Of a stretch of DNA of 64,000 bases, positions 1-11,079 are shown piece by piece (within the stretch, counting starts at the first letter, position 1; the number at the start of each line of letters is the position of its first letter). This DNA comes from Dendrobates tinctorius (lineage: Eukaryota). Both the position numbers and the translations under genes were made by a program. The stretch covers positions 56,854,001 through 56,918,000 of the forward strand of contig NW_027361696.1 of assembly GCF_039654945.1 (NCBI RefSeq), given 5' to 3'. The notes under the pieces are model-generated. The model saw only the letters and a list, made by a program, of their open reading frames with translations, was not told the origin of the DNA and did not search any database.

Positions 1-6
1 GGATCC

Positions 7-228
7 TTGTTGTGCTACGCAGATGGGGGTAGTTTGTCTCAGTATCAGTTTGGTGCGGTTTTTAAAAAATCCATTCGGTGTTTGGGGGTAGATGATTCCC
101 GATTTGCCTCTCATTCATTTAGGATAGAAGCGGCGACCGAGGCGGCTGAGCATGGTTTGGGTCCCTCTTTCATACAGCGCATTGGCGGGTGGAGGTCTAA
201 TCGGTATCGCAGTTATGTTCGGCCTTAA
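7..228 (+). CDS. Tyrosine recombinase C-terminus of a DIRS-order (Ngaro-type) retroelement, 5'-truncated by the window edge
   Basis: SHSFRIEAAT (HSxRxGAAT-like box), IQRIGGW and RYRSYVRP with the putative catalytic Tyr. Followed by an SGNH ORF and split direct repeats. Confidence 0.85.
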   Translation: MLCYADGGSLSQYQFGAVFKKSIRCLGVDDSRFASHSFRIEAATEAAEHGLGPSFIQRIGGWRSNRYRSYVRP

Positions 229-338
229 GTTGAGAGGGGGGGGTTTTGGTTGGTGGTACATGGGGGAATGTTTGAGGGGGTTGGCGTTAAAGTTATGCTG
301 TAAGTATGTTTTCCTGTTAGTGTCATTTTTTGTTTCAG

Positions 339-913
339 GTGCGGAACCGCTGCTGGTCTGGATTTTTGGTCACTCCTTCGTTTATTGGGGAGCATTGCGA
401 GCCAATGTCAGGAGCGAAAGAAGACAGTTGGGGATTCCCAGGACTGTGGCGGTGGTGCGGTGGCTCGGTTTTAGGGGCCTAGCGTGGCGTCGGGTGTTGC
501 CGGAGATCCACGAGTGCGTCCGGTTGGACCGGGCACCAGATATTCTCGTTATTCATGCTAGGGGTAACGATCTGGCTGTCCGGCCCTTTCAGGAGTTGAT
601 CAAGGACATTAAGCAAAATTGCTTACGGTTGTGGTTGATGTATCGGGGGATCGCGATTGTGTGGTCAGAGATTGTGCCACGCAGGCGTTGGCGGTTTATG
701 AGATCATTGGAGAAGGTCAATCGGGCCAGGATTAAGGTTAACAGAGCGGTGTCTGCTTTTATTGTTAGAAATGGGGGAGCTGCTGTGCGGCATTTCGATT
801 TGGAAAAGGGCGAGGGCGATTTTTGGTTGGCAGACAGGATCCATTTAAATGCAGTGGGTTCCGATATTTGGGCCCTCGCCCTTCAGGAGGGTATAGAGAA
901 GGCCGTTGCATGA
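339..913 (+). CDS. SGNH/GDSL-like hydrolase ORF of the Ngaro element (within listed ORF 152..913)
   Basis: Blocks WIFGHS, FRGL, HARGNDL and DRIHL. The domain starts immediately after a 3' splice-site-like ttttttgtttcag ending at 338. Confidence 0.8.
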
Positions 914-2248
914 TGGGTTGTGGGGGTCTCGGGTCATTGAGGTGTTCAAGGCCCCCTCGTTGTGGCGGTTTTGGGGGAGGGGGGAGTCCTTGAAGTCGGT
1001 GGAAATTGGTTTTGGAGATTCGGTGTAGGGTCTCCTTCGTTAAAAAGGTATGCTGGTCATGATTCGGTGAAAGGTGGATGTGGAGTTTTCCGTTGGAAGA
1101 GGGCGGATCTCCAAGTAGTTTGTGGACAATATCTATTGGTGTGCTGGTGCTACCGAGCCTGTGGGGTAACGGCTGGGAGCAAATGGACGGGGTTTGTTCA
1201 CAATATTTTGGACTACTTCACCATGATCTTGTGGCTTCAAGGACTTCTCCTTCCAGTGTTAAAGTCATTGTACTTATTGTATTTATGATACAGTGTTTAC
1301 TGTTTGTTTTGTTGATATAATAAAAGGCTGCTGTGGCCATAAAAATGCCAAAGAAAATACCAGTGTCTGTGTATTAGTTGGCGCCGGGGAGGTGGTGGGG
1401 GGGTTTTTTCATGGTCAAGCGGGGGTAATAGGGGAAAGTCAAGACGCTTGATCTCCCCAAGAGGTAAACACTTGACAATACCAACGTCAAGAAATGGCCG
1501 GAGTGGGCCTCCCGGCCCCCTGTAGGAGGCGTGGGCGGAGGCCATCATGACGGGGGTTGGAAGGTTTAGTGGAGGGAAGGGTTAATGGGGAGGGGGAGCT
1601 AGGGGGTATTTAAGGCAGGGGCTGGGGGGTTCCCACCCTCTGTTCCCATTTTCCCAGCTCCAGAACAGTCCCATCCTCCCTCCCTTCTTTTTGGACAGTG
1701 GGGTGCAATTCTAATTTTGGGTCATGGCGGTTTTGGGGGAGGGGGGAGTCCTTGAAGTCGGTGGAAATTGGTTTTGGAGACTCGGTGTAGGGTCTCCTTC
1801 GTTAAAAGGTATGCTGGTCGTGATCTGGTGAAAGGTGGATGCGGAGTTTTCCGTCGGAAGAGGGCGGATCTCCAAGTAGTTTGTGGACAATATCTATTGG
1901 TGTGCTGGTGCTCCCGAGCCTGTGGGGTAACGGCTGGGAGCAAATGGACGGGGTTTGTTCACAATATTTTGGACTACTTCACCATGATCTTGTGGCTTCA
2001 AGGACTTCTCCTTCCAGTGAACAAGTCATTGTACTTATGTTACTTATGATAAAGTGTTTACTGTTTGTTTTGTTGATATAATAAAAGACTGCTGTGGCCA
2101 TAAAAATTCCAAAGAAAATACCGGTGTCTGTGTATTAGTTGGCGCCGGGGAGGTGGTGGGGGTTTTTTTCATGGTCACACGGAGGTAATGGGGGAAAGTC
2201 AAGATGCTTGATCTCCCCACGAGGTAAACACTTGACAATACCAGCGTC

Positions 2249-2812
2249 GCGAAAAATAAGCAGCAATAAAAGAAAAATATGTATGAGGCAGTGACGCACG
2301 CTGAGCGGCCTACAACCAGAGGTGGCTGCAGGACACACTACAGCATGAGCTGCACTCAGACAGACCTTGCAGACAGCTGTGAACAGCACTGCAAGGCAAA
2401 AGAAAGCTACACTGATTGATAATGTAGCCTGGGTAAAGCACAATATTATTTGGAAAATCGCTATCTCTAACTGTCCCTCAGAGTCTTGAACAGCAGCCTG
2501 TCCCTAACTGAATTCACAGCAGAGTGAACCCGAAATGGCAGCGGCGGCGGCTTTTATAGTGCATCTTGACATAATTTCAGCAGCCAATCACAGCCATGCC
2601 CTTAGTTAACATGCCTACATGCCTAACAGGATGTGCCCACACTTCTGAGGATTCCTCATTGGCTGAATCAAATCAAACTGGCTGATAGCATTATGGGAAC
2701 TTCTGATTCCGGAATTCGGTATGCTAAAAGTATCGGAACTCAGTATCGGAATTCCGATACCGCGAATATCGGCCGATACCCGATATTTGCGGTATCGGAA
2801 TGCTCAACACTA
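2249..2812. mobile_element. Right end of a hAT-family DNA element (terminus ...gctcaacacta) that hosts the Ngaro insertion
   Basis: Subterminal ccgatacc/gtatcgg repeats and terminal gctcaacacta, also seen at 4816-4826. It is the reverse complement of the tagtg(t/a)gagc terminus at 56268. Confidence 0.7.
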
Positions 2813-4826
2813 ATTGGGTATCGCCGATTCCGATACCGGAAACCCATGCAAGTCAATGGGGCACAAATATCGGAATTAAAATAAACCCTTTCTTTACTTG
2901 CACATCCAGTTCGGGAGGGGGGAAGAGTGTGGGCGGACATTGTGCATGTCTGTGTGTGCGGGCGGGGTCTGTACGGGCCTCTTGGGGGTCTGTGCGGGCC
3001 TGCCAGGGGTCTGTACGGGCCTGCTGGGGGTCTGTGCGGGCTGCCGGGGGTCTTTGTGTCTGTGTGCAGGCATCTTCCGATGGGACTACAAGTCCCATCG
3101 GGCTATGCCTGCTGCAATGACAGTGATTGACACATTAGCCAATGATGGGACAGTAGTAGTCCCATCATCCGGCTAATGTGTTGAATGTAAAAAAAAAAAA
3201 AAAACATACATACTACATAATACATACATACTACATTCATACAACATGCATACATACTACATTCATACAACATGCATACATACTACATTCATACAACATG
3301 CATACATACTACATTCATACAACATGCATACATACTACATATATACAACATTCATACTACATACATACATACATACATACTACATACATACATACTACAT
3401 ACATACATACTACATACATACATACTACATACATACATACTTACAACATTCATACATACATACTACATTCATACAACATACATACATACTACATACATAC
3501 TACATAATACTACATTCATACAACATTCATACAACATACATACATAGTACATACTACATACATAATACAGACATACAACATACATAAAACATGCTACAGA
3601 CATACAACATACATACTACATACATACTACATACAATACATTCATATAGACATACAGTACATATAACAGAGTACATACTCACCATCACTTGTCACTTTGA
3701 TCCCCGAAGCCAGTGTCATCTGTAAAAAATATTAAAATAACAAACAAGCAATAAACTCCCTGATCCGCAGAAATCCACGAGTGTCCCACAACGATCTCCT
3801 GTGGAGAACAGCAGCATCAGCTGATGCAACCGCTCTCTAGGGGCACCAGGAATACAATGACGGGAGGTAGGTATCCTTCCGCACTGTATTCCTCCGCCAC
3901 TGTAAAAAATAGTCCCTAGTCTCACTTTTGGCATTGCTGTGTGAGAAAGTTCCCACACAGCTTTTGCCATAAAGTGAGACCAGTGAACTATAGTAACCTC
4001 TCAGTGATGCACTGCAGGAGATCATCATGGGACACTCGTGGATTTCTGCGGATCAGGGAGTATATTGGTTGTTTGTTATTTTAATATTTTTTACAGTGAG
4101 ATGACACTGGCTTCGGGGATCTAAGTGACAAGTGATGGTGAGTATGTACTCTATGTTATATGTACTGTATGTCTATATGTATTGTATGAATGTATGGATG
4201 TATTGTATGTAGTATGTTGTATGTATGTACCATGTTGTATGTATGTAGTAAGTATGTAGTATGTATGTATGTATGTAGTATGAATGTACTATATATGTAG
4301 TATGTATTATGTAGTATGTATGTATGTTGTATGAATGTAGTATACAGTATATGTAGTATGTATGTTGCATGAATGTAGTATATATGTAGTATGTATGTAG
4401 CATGTATGTATGTAGTATGCATGTTTTTTTTTTGTTTTTTTTACATTCAACACATTAGCCGGATGATGGGACTTCTACTGTCCCATCATTGGCTAATGTG
4501 TCAATCACTGTCATTGTAGCAGGCATAGCCCGATGGGACTTGTAGTCCCATCAGAAGATGCCTGCACACAGACACAAAGACCCCCGGAAGCCCGCACAGA
4601 CCCCCGGCAGGCCCGCACAAACCGCGCATCATGATAACATCATTTCAGCAGCCAATCACAGCCATGCCATTAGTTAACATGGCTAACACAACTGGCTCAT
4701 TGCATTATGGGAACTTCCGATTCCGGTATTCGATATTGTAAAAATATCGGTACTTGGTATCGGAACTCCGATACAGCGAATATCGGCCGATACCCGATAT
4801 TTGCAGTATCGGAAAGCTCAACACTA
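2813..4826. mobile_element. Non-autonomous hAT element with a large internal palindrome (arms ~3005-3788 and ~4029-4620) carrying CATA/TATG microsatellites
   Basis: 2813-2895 matches the subterminal sequence at ~56340-56420, and the element ends in gctcaacacta at 4826. The arms are reverse complements, e.g. ctgatccgcagaaatccacgagtgtccca / tgggacactcgtggatttctgcggatcag. Confidence 0.75.
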
Positions 4827-5550
4827 ATTATAAGATCAGATTTTAGGAGGCAGTAACAACTGTTCTCATATGATAAATATTCATAACATGAACTGAAAGT
4901 TACACAGTTGAAAAAACAAGAACAACCAATTTTCAAATTCCCTATTGAGAAACTTGACATATAAAGGGATTCCCCCCTTTAGAACTAAGTTACTAATTGG
5001 AGAGCCACAATCTGGGTTTACAATGAGATAAGATCTTTCCTCTTTAACCTTTTTAGGTTTGCTAAATCTTACATTTAGAAATTTCATTTTTTTCATTTAA
5101 CATCAAAATAAAAATGAGTGATCTTTCCTGTTTATTGGCCCTTTTAGTGTGACATATCTGCTGACTTATGTGATGTCTTACCAACCCATAGGTCCCAACC
5201 GTTCCGATTCTCATGGGACAGTCCCATTTTTGACACCCCCCACCCGCGTCCCACCCGGGACGCTATTTTTCCCTCATTGCACTGAGCCGCCACGCCCCCC
5301 CCGTGCACTGACCCCATCCTCGCCGTCCCAGATAGACCCACCGCAGCCTCCCACAGCCTGCAATGATGTTCTGTGGCTGCGCACACAGGACCTGTGATGA
5401 GGTCAAAGGAGGGGAGTAGTCAGGGGTCACATGATCAGGGGCCTCCGTGTATGCACTCTGCAGGACTCTGCTGTGCTGGTTGTCATGGTGCTGGATAGGG
5501 TACGTTTCTGTGTGGGGTCAGGAGGGGTTTACAGTGTGGCTGTAGCAGAG

Positions 5551-6275
5551 ATGTGTGTGTTCGAGGTGTTCGGAGCGGAGCCACGTGTGTACGAGGTGTA
5601 CGGAGCAGAGCCACGTGTGTACGAGGTGTACGGAGCGGAGCCACGCATGTACGAGGTGTATGGAGCGGAGCCGCGTGTGTACGAGGTGTATGGAGCGGAG
5701 CCGCGTGTGTACGAGGTGTACGGAGCGGAGCCGCGTGTGTACGAGGTGTAGGGAGCGGAGCCACGTGTGTACGGAGCGGAGCCGCGCATGTACAAGGTGT
5801 ACAGAGTGGAGCTGCGCGTGTACAAGGTGTATGGAGCCACGTGTGTGAGGTGTATGGAGCGGAGCCATGTGTGTATGAGATGTATGGAGCGGAGCCGCGT
5901 GTGTACGGAGTGGACCCGTGTGTGTACGGAGCAGAGCCGCGTGTGTATGAGGTGTACGGAGCATAGCCACGTGTGTATGAGGTGTACAGAGCAAAACCAC
6001 ATGCGTACAGGGCACACAGAGCGGAGACACACGTGTACGGGGCGTACGGAGCGGAGCCACGAGTGTACGAGCTGTACGGAGTGGAGCCGCAGGTGTGCGG
6101 AGCAGAGCCGTGCGTGTATGAGGTGTATGGAGCAGAGTCGTGTGTGTACCCGGTGTATGGAGCAGAGCCACGTGTGTATGAGGTATGCGGAGCAGAGCTG
6201 TGTGTGTACAGAGTGGAGCCATATGTGTACGGGATGTACAGAGCGGAGCCAAGTGTGTACAAGGCATACAAAGCG
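5551..6275. repeat. 30-bp minisatellite (ccacgtgtgtacgaggtgtacggagcggag)n, degenerating distally
   Basis: Exact 30-bp periodicity visible at 5581-5760. Confidence 0.95.
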
Positions 6276-6582
6276 GGCTTTTCCCACGGACACAGGAGTA
6301 CACAGCAGAGCCCAGTGGAGCACTTTAAAACTCGCACATGACGGTCCACCGTAAGTGATGTGCTGGAAGCTGATCGGAAATGAGGTAATTTCATGAGGAG
6401 ATTGTGACGGAACCAGGAATGCTTCAGATCCATCACCATGTCCTTCTCTGACAGCGCAGACAGCAGGATCACCTTGGAATCGGGGATGCCGACCATGTGA
6501 GTGGATCATGATATGTCCTGCACCGGGAGGCTCAGGTGGGCATTACAATGGGAGCCGGGCTGCTATAGTATCTTTACAGCAT

Positions 6583-7446
6583 CTTTCTTTCTTTCTCTCT
6601 CTCTGTTTCTTTCTTTCTCTAATCTTTCTTTTTTTTCCTTTCTCTTTCTGTTCTTTCTTTCCCCTCTTTCTTTCTTTCTTTATTTCTCTCTCTCTCTGTT
6701 CTTTCTCTGTCTCTCTCTGTTCTTTCTTTCTCTCTCTGTTCTTTCTACCACTCTTTCTTTCTATCACTCTGTTTTCTTTCTTTCCCCTCTTTCTTTCTTT
6801 CACTCTTCCTCTGTTCTTTTTTTCTGTCCCCTCTTTCTTTCTCTCTATGTTCGTTCTTTTTTTTCTTTCCCCTTTCTTTCTCTGTTCTTTCGTTCCCCTT
6901 TTTCTCTCTGTTCTTTCGCTCTCTGTTCTTCTTTTCCATTTCTCTCTGTTCTGTTCTCTCTCTCTCTGTTCCTTTTTTCTGTCCCCTCTTTCTCTGTTCT
7001 TTCCCCTTTCTTTCTCTGCTCTTTCTTTCCCTTTCTTTCTCTCTCTGTTCTTTCTTTCTCTCTCTGTTCTTTCTTTCCCCTCTATTTATTTCCCCTCTTT
7101 TTTTCTTTACTTCTTTCTCTCTGTTCTTTCTTTCCCCTCTTTCTTTCACTCTCCCTCTGTTCTTTTTTCTGTTCCCTCTTTCTCTCTGTTCTTTCTTTCC
7201 CCTTTTTCTCTCTCTCTTTGTTCTTTCGTTTGCTCTCTGTTCTTCCTTTCTCTTTCTGTTCTCTGTTCTCTCTTCTTTTTCTTTCTTTCCCCTCTTTCTT
7301 TCTCTCTCTGTTCTTTTTTTCTGTTCCCTCTTTCTTTGTGTTTTTTCTTTCTTTTTCTCTGTTCTTTCTTTCCCCTTTCTTTCTCTCTCTCTGTTCTTTC
7401 TTTCTTTTGCTCTCGGTTCTTTCTTTCCCCTCTTTCTTTCTCTCTG
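6583..7446. repeat. Polypyrimidine (CT-rich) low-complexity tract, resuming at 8872-8940 after the LTR insertion
   Basis: Nearly pure C/T with recurrent ctctgttct motifs. Confidence 0.95.
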
Positions 7447-8871
7447 TGTCACGCACAGTGAGGGAAAACCAAGTTTAACATAACGGGAAATGCGTAAGGG
7501 GGCCCAGACACTAAGGAAGGGATTTGGAGAACCCTAGGCTAGATCTGGTCTCTCCTGTTATGAATGGGTCACCGAGGAGGAAAAAACAACACAAGCCAAG
7601 TCTCAGAAAACCAGAGAGGTTGGTAACTATGCACATTGCAGATCCCTGATCTTACCACACAACTAGCAGCAGTCGTGGAGCGTACCTACGATGATCCTAG
7701 ACGCCTCATCACAACCGGAGAGCTACATAAGCCTAAAGCAGGAAAAGAGGAAAACTAACTGCCCTAGAGCAGACCCCAAAGGAAAGACAGCCCCCCACAT
7801 GTATTGACAGTGAAACAAGATGAAAACACAAACAAAGGCAGAAAAATAGGCTGAGCAAACCATGGGGCCTGACTAACTTGAAAGGACAGGAAAGGAAAGA
7901 CACTGTCTGCAATCTGCCAAAAACCCTACCAAAATAATGTCCAACACTTCTGATAGCAAAACTAACCCTGAAGTCACTAGACTTCTCCCACTATATCAGC
8001 ACTCTGAAATATTCTGAGACAGAGCAAAAAGAGGCCAATCTAATAAGAGACCAAAAGGCAACTACAGACAAGTATGAGTGGAAATTCAGCACCCCCCAGC
8101 AGGGGCTGGCTGACCACAAAAAACTGAATTGACCAACAAGAGCAAGTGTGAACAATAGCAAAAACAAACTTAACTTGAGAAGACTGAAACAGAGCTGAAG
8201 TCCAAGACCTGAGAAGCAGACTGAATCACCAGCATAGGGCGTCGGCTGTCTTATATCCAGTCTGATACTCCAGAGATCCAATCATTATCCTCCTCATCAG
8301 GTGGCAAATCACTACCAATTAAACCAACCTCACTACCTCCTGTCACCATCAGAGGGAGAACAGAAGAAGAACTCTCAACTGGTGGAGCAGAAAATGAGTT
8401 CACAACACTCTCCCTAGAACTCCTACCGAGTCCCTGTATTGGTTCCTCACCAATCGCTGAGCTGGAACCTGAGGCCCTGAATCTCCCTGGGGCCTAGTCC
8501 TGAATAGAGAATGTGGGGAGAAGCGCGCTATGCAGTCTCCGCTAAACTAAAGACGGTAAGGTGAGACAAACAGAGGAACACTTAGCTGAATAGCCAGATA
8601 CGGATACCAGAAGAGGGATTCCAGACACTAAACTGGAGCACTCTGAGAAGGTCCAACACTCTAGCAAGCAGAAGTGGAAATGAAGCTATTACCCACAATG
8701 GGTCACAGATGAGCCACTAACTAAATAGATCCAAACTTCTCAGGGCAGGAGGAGGTTGACGCTGGGTCCTAGAGGCAGATGGTTCAGGGAGCAGTCTGTA
8801 TGGACAGGCGCTCAGACCTTCTGAGGCCTGATGCAGGATGATAGCCTGTCACCTCCAAAGTGCTCGTGACA
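7447..8871. mobile_element. Solo LTR (TGTCACG...CGTGACA), 5-bp TSD CTCTG
   Basis: ctctg at 7442-7446 and 8872-8876, with 7-bp inverted termini. Confidence 0.85.
7556..8407. mobile_element. Second solo LTR nested in the first (TGTTATGAA...TTCACAACA), 6-bp TSD CTCTCC
   Basis: ctctcc at 7550-7555 and 8408-8413, with TG...CA inverted termini. Confidence 0.75.
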
Positions 8872-9389
8872 CTCTGTTCTTCTTTCTCTCTCTGTTCTTT
8901 CTTTCACTGTTTTCTTTTTTCTCTCTCTCTGTTTTCTTTTACTTAGTACCAGTCAGTGTGCCCACAGTACCAGCCACTGTGTCCTCAGTACCAGTCAGTG
9001 TGATCAGCAGTGCTAAATGGGTGTGGTTGGGCGTGGACATGGGTGTGGGCGGGGAATGGCCTAAAATTTACGCTGGTGCGCTGCAGCCTTTGTCCCTCTT
9101 TCCCTTCTTCAAAAATTGGGAGGTATGCCAACTTGTCTTACGTAAACATGACATCTCTACAATTGATAAAGGAGGGCAGAGATAGATGAAAAACAAATAA
9201 GAAGATGTACTGAACTGTTTGGCTACGCCAAGGGTGTATCAAATCTCTGCGATTGGTTAGAACTGTCAATTTGTGCTGACTCACTCCCTTTTGGGCACTT
9301 TACCCTGTTTTCTACCATTTGTCTTACTTAAACAGAGAATTACAGGCCACCATTGTGTCTGTAGAACAAACTGGTAAGTTATTAAAGTC

Positions 9390-10310
9390 CAGTGATTACT
9401 CTGTGTTTACTGCAGCCTCAGTCCATTGATTATTGCAGCCTCAGTCCTGTGATTACTGTAGCCTCAGTCCTGTGATTGCAGTAGCGTCAGTCCTTTGATC
9501 ACAGCAGCCTAAATCATGTGATTACAACAGTCACAGGTCTGTGATTTATGCAGCCTCAAACCATTTATTATAGTAGCCCAAGTCCTGTGATCACTGCAGC
9601 CTCAGTCCATTGATCACAGCAGCCTCGGTCCCTTGATTACATCAGTCACAACTCTGTGATCACAGCAGCCTCAGTACTGTGATTGCAACTGCTTGAATCA
9701 CATCCTCCTGGGGGCGGTCCCGGGTCCGGTTTCGGTCCGATGGGTGTCGCGGTCCCGTCCGGCGCCTCCCATCTTTTGGACCTTTCACGGCGCCTGCGCA
9801 CTGCAGTACTCTGCTCTGCCCTCAACAGGGTAGAGCAGTGCGCCTCTGCAGGAGCCACGACGGGAAGCAAAGAAGAGGACGTCATCGTTAGAAGATGGGA
9901 GGCACCGGACCGCAACACCCATCGGACCAAGACCGGACCGCCCCTGGGTGAGTATAATCTAACTCGTTTTTCTTCTCTTTAAGGTTAAATCGGGTGCTTA
10001 TCTACAGTATTACAGAATGCTGTAGATAAGCCCCTGATGGCGGTGCCGGCAGCTGATAGGGCTAAAATGGGGTGACAGGTTCACTTTAAGAGTACCTCCA
10101 GGACAGAGATAGTTAGGGTCCCAGTTCCAGGGACAGGTTGAGGACCCCCCTTCCTTACCAAGGATAGTCACAGCATAATGCCTTAACCCTGTGATTACAG
10201 CTGCCTCGGCCCTATAATTAAACCAGTTCGTGATTACAGCAACCTCAGTCCTCTGATCACAGCAGTCATAGCTCTGCGATTATAGCAGCCTCAGTCCCCT
10301 GATTAAAGCA
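9390..10310 (-). repeat. Degenerate 23-bp satellite, reverse orientation to the 11080-15330 array, interrupted by a MITE fragment
   Basis: gcagcctcagtcctgtgatta-type units, the reverse complement of the large array. Confidence 0.8.
9695..10085. mobile_element. Kolobok/T2-type MITE fragment (left-truncated) with an internal palindrome, ending at TTAA
   Basis: Palindrome ~9708-9947. End ...gacaggttcact|ttaa is typical of TTAA-targeting frog T2-MITEs. Confidence 0.6.
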
Positions 10311-11079
10311 GCTTGCAGGAAAGGATTCACTGAAGAGAGTCGAGGAACAAGAAGAAAAGGAGGACTAAAATGGATTATCAACAGGCTGGTAGAATAAGTG
10401 ACCCTTCTGCAGTTTTTGTTTCTCTTCTATGGACAATGAATTCAAGTTCTTTTTATAGAATGAGGAAGAAGGAGAGATCAACAGATACATTGTCTCAACA
10501 TTGCAGGGATAGTCTCCAGTAAGACCTCACTGACACTGTACCTCACCTAGAAGCACGGTCTTTTTTTTATTTTTTGCTGTGGAGGTACACTTTAAGGCCA
10601 ATTTACACTGCACATTTTGGAAAAAACACAGGTAGATGATTTCCAATGTTGCCCATAATGGACAGTAACATGGATATTTACATATATACTGTGCCCAATT
10701 TGCATTGCATAGTCAATCCGATTAATAAAAACATACAATAAAAAAAAAAAAATCACAAATTACCAATCAGCAAAATGTGTGTCCTCTTAATGGGATAATA
10801 TTCTAGGATTATATAACTATAATATACATATATTCCTTCAGCTACAGTAACTAAAATATCTTTTTGGTCCAAATACTTTAAAATAAATCACTATTTTGCT
10901 ATTGCTGCGCTTCACTAATGTTTCCTGTATTTACATCTTTCTACGCTTCATTTGGATTTCAATTCTCACTTCCAGTTTCACTGTACGACGAGAGAAATTC
11001 TGAGTGAAACTCTCAGAATATCAAATACAGGACAAGGTGGAAAAGCAATTACTTTTCATAGGAACTGAAAAAACTTATG

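Larger units (their letters stand above)
1..2248 (+). mobile_element. 3' end of an Ngaro-type tyrosine-recombinase retrotransposon with split direct repeats B1 (963-1488), A2 (1489-1724) and B2 (1725-2248)
   Basis: 963-1488 and 1725-2248 are near-identical ~525-bp direct repeats separated by a G-rich 236-bp segment with a TATTTAA. YR and SGNH ORFs lie upstream. This fits the A1-ORFs-B1-A2-B2 layout known for Ngaro elements. Confidence 0.85.
5187..9127. mobile_element. Non-autonomous DNA transposon (TIR cataggtcccaa / ttgggaggtatg) containing a minisatellite, a CT-rich tract and nested solo LTRs
   Basis: Imperfect terminal inverted repeats. Flanks ccaacc / ccaact are a possible 6-bp TSD. Superfamily not determined. 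Confidence 0.55.

Noticed and set aside
962-2081. Duplicated small ORFs (108/93 aa and 80/80 aa)
   Set aside because: They are incidental frames within the B1/B2 terminal repeats and show no domain signal.
3178-7478. Long ORFs rich in H/T/Y/I, GAEPRVYEVY, F/S/L or K/R/E
   Set aside because: These are translations of micro- and minisatellites and CT tracts, open in several frames at once.
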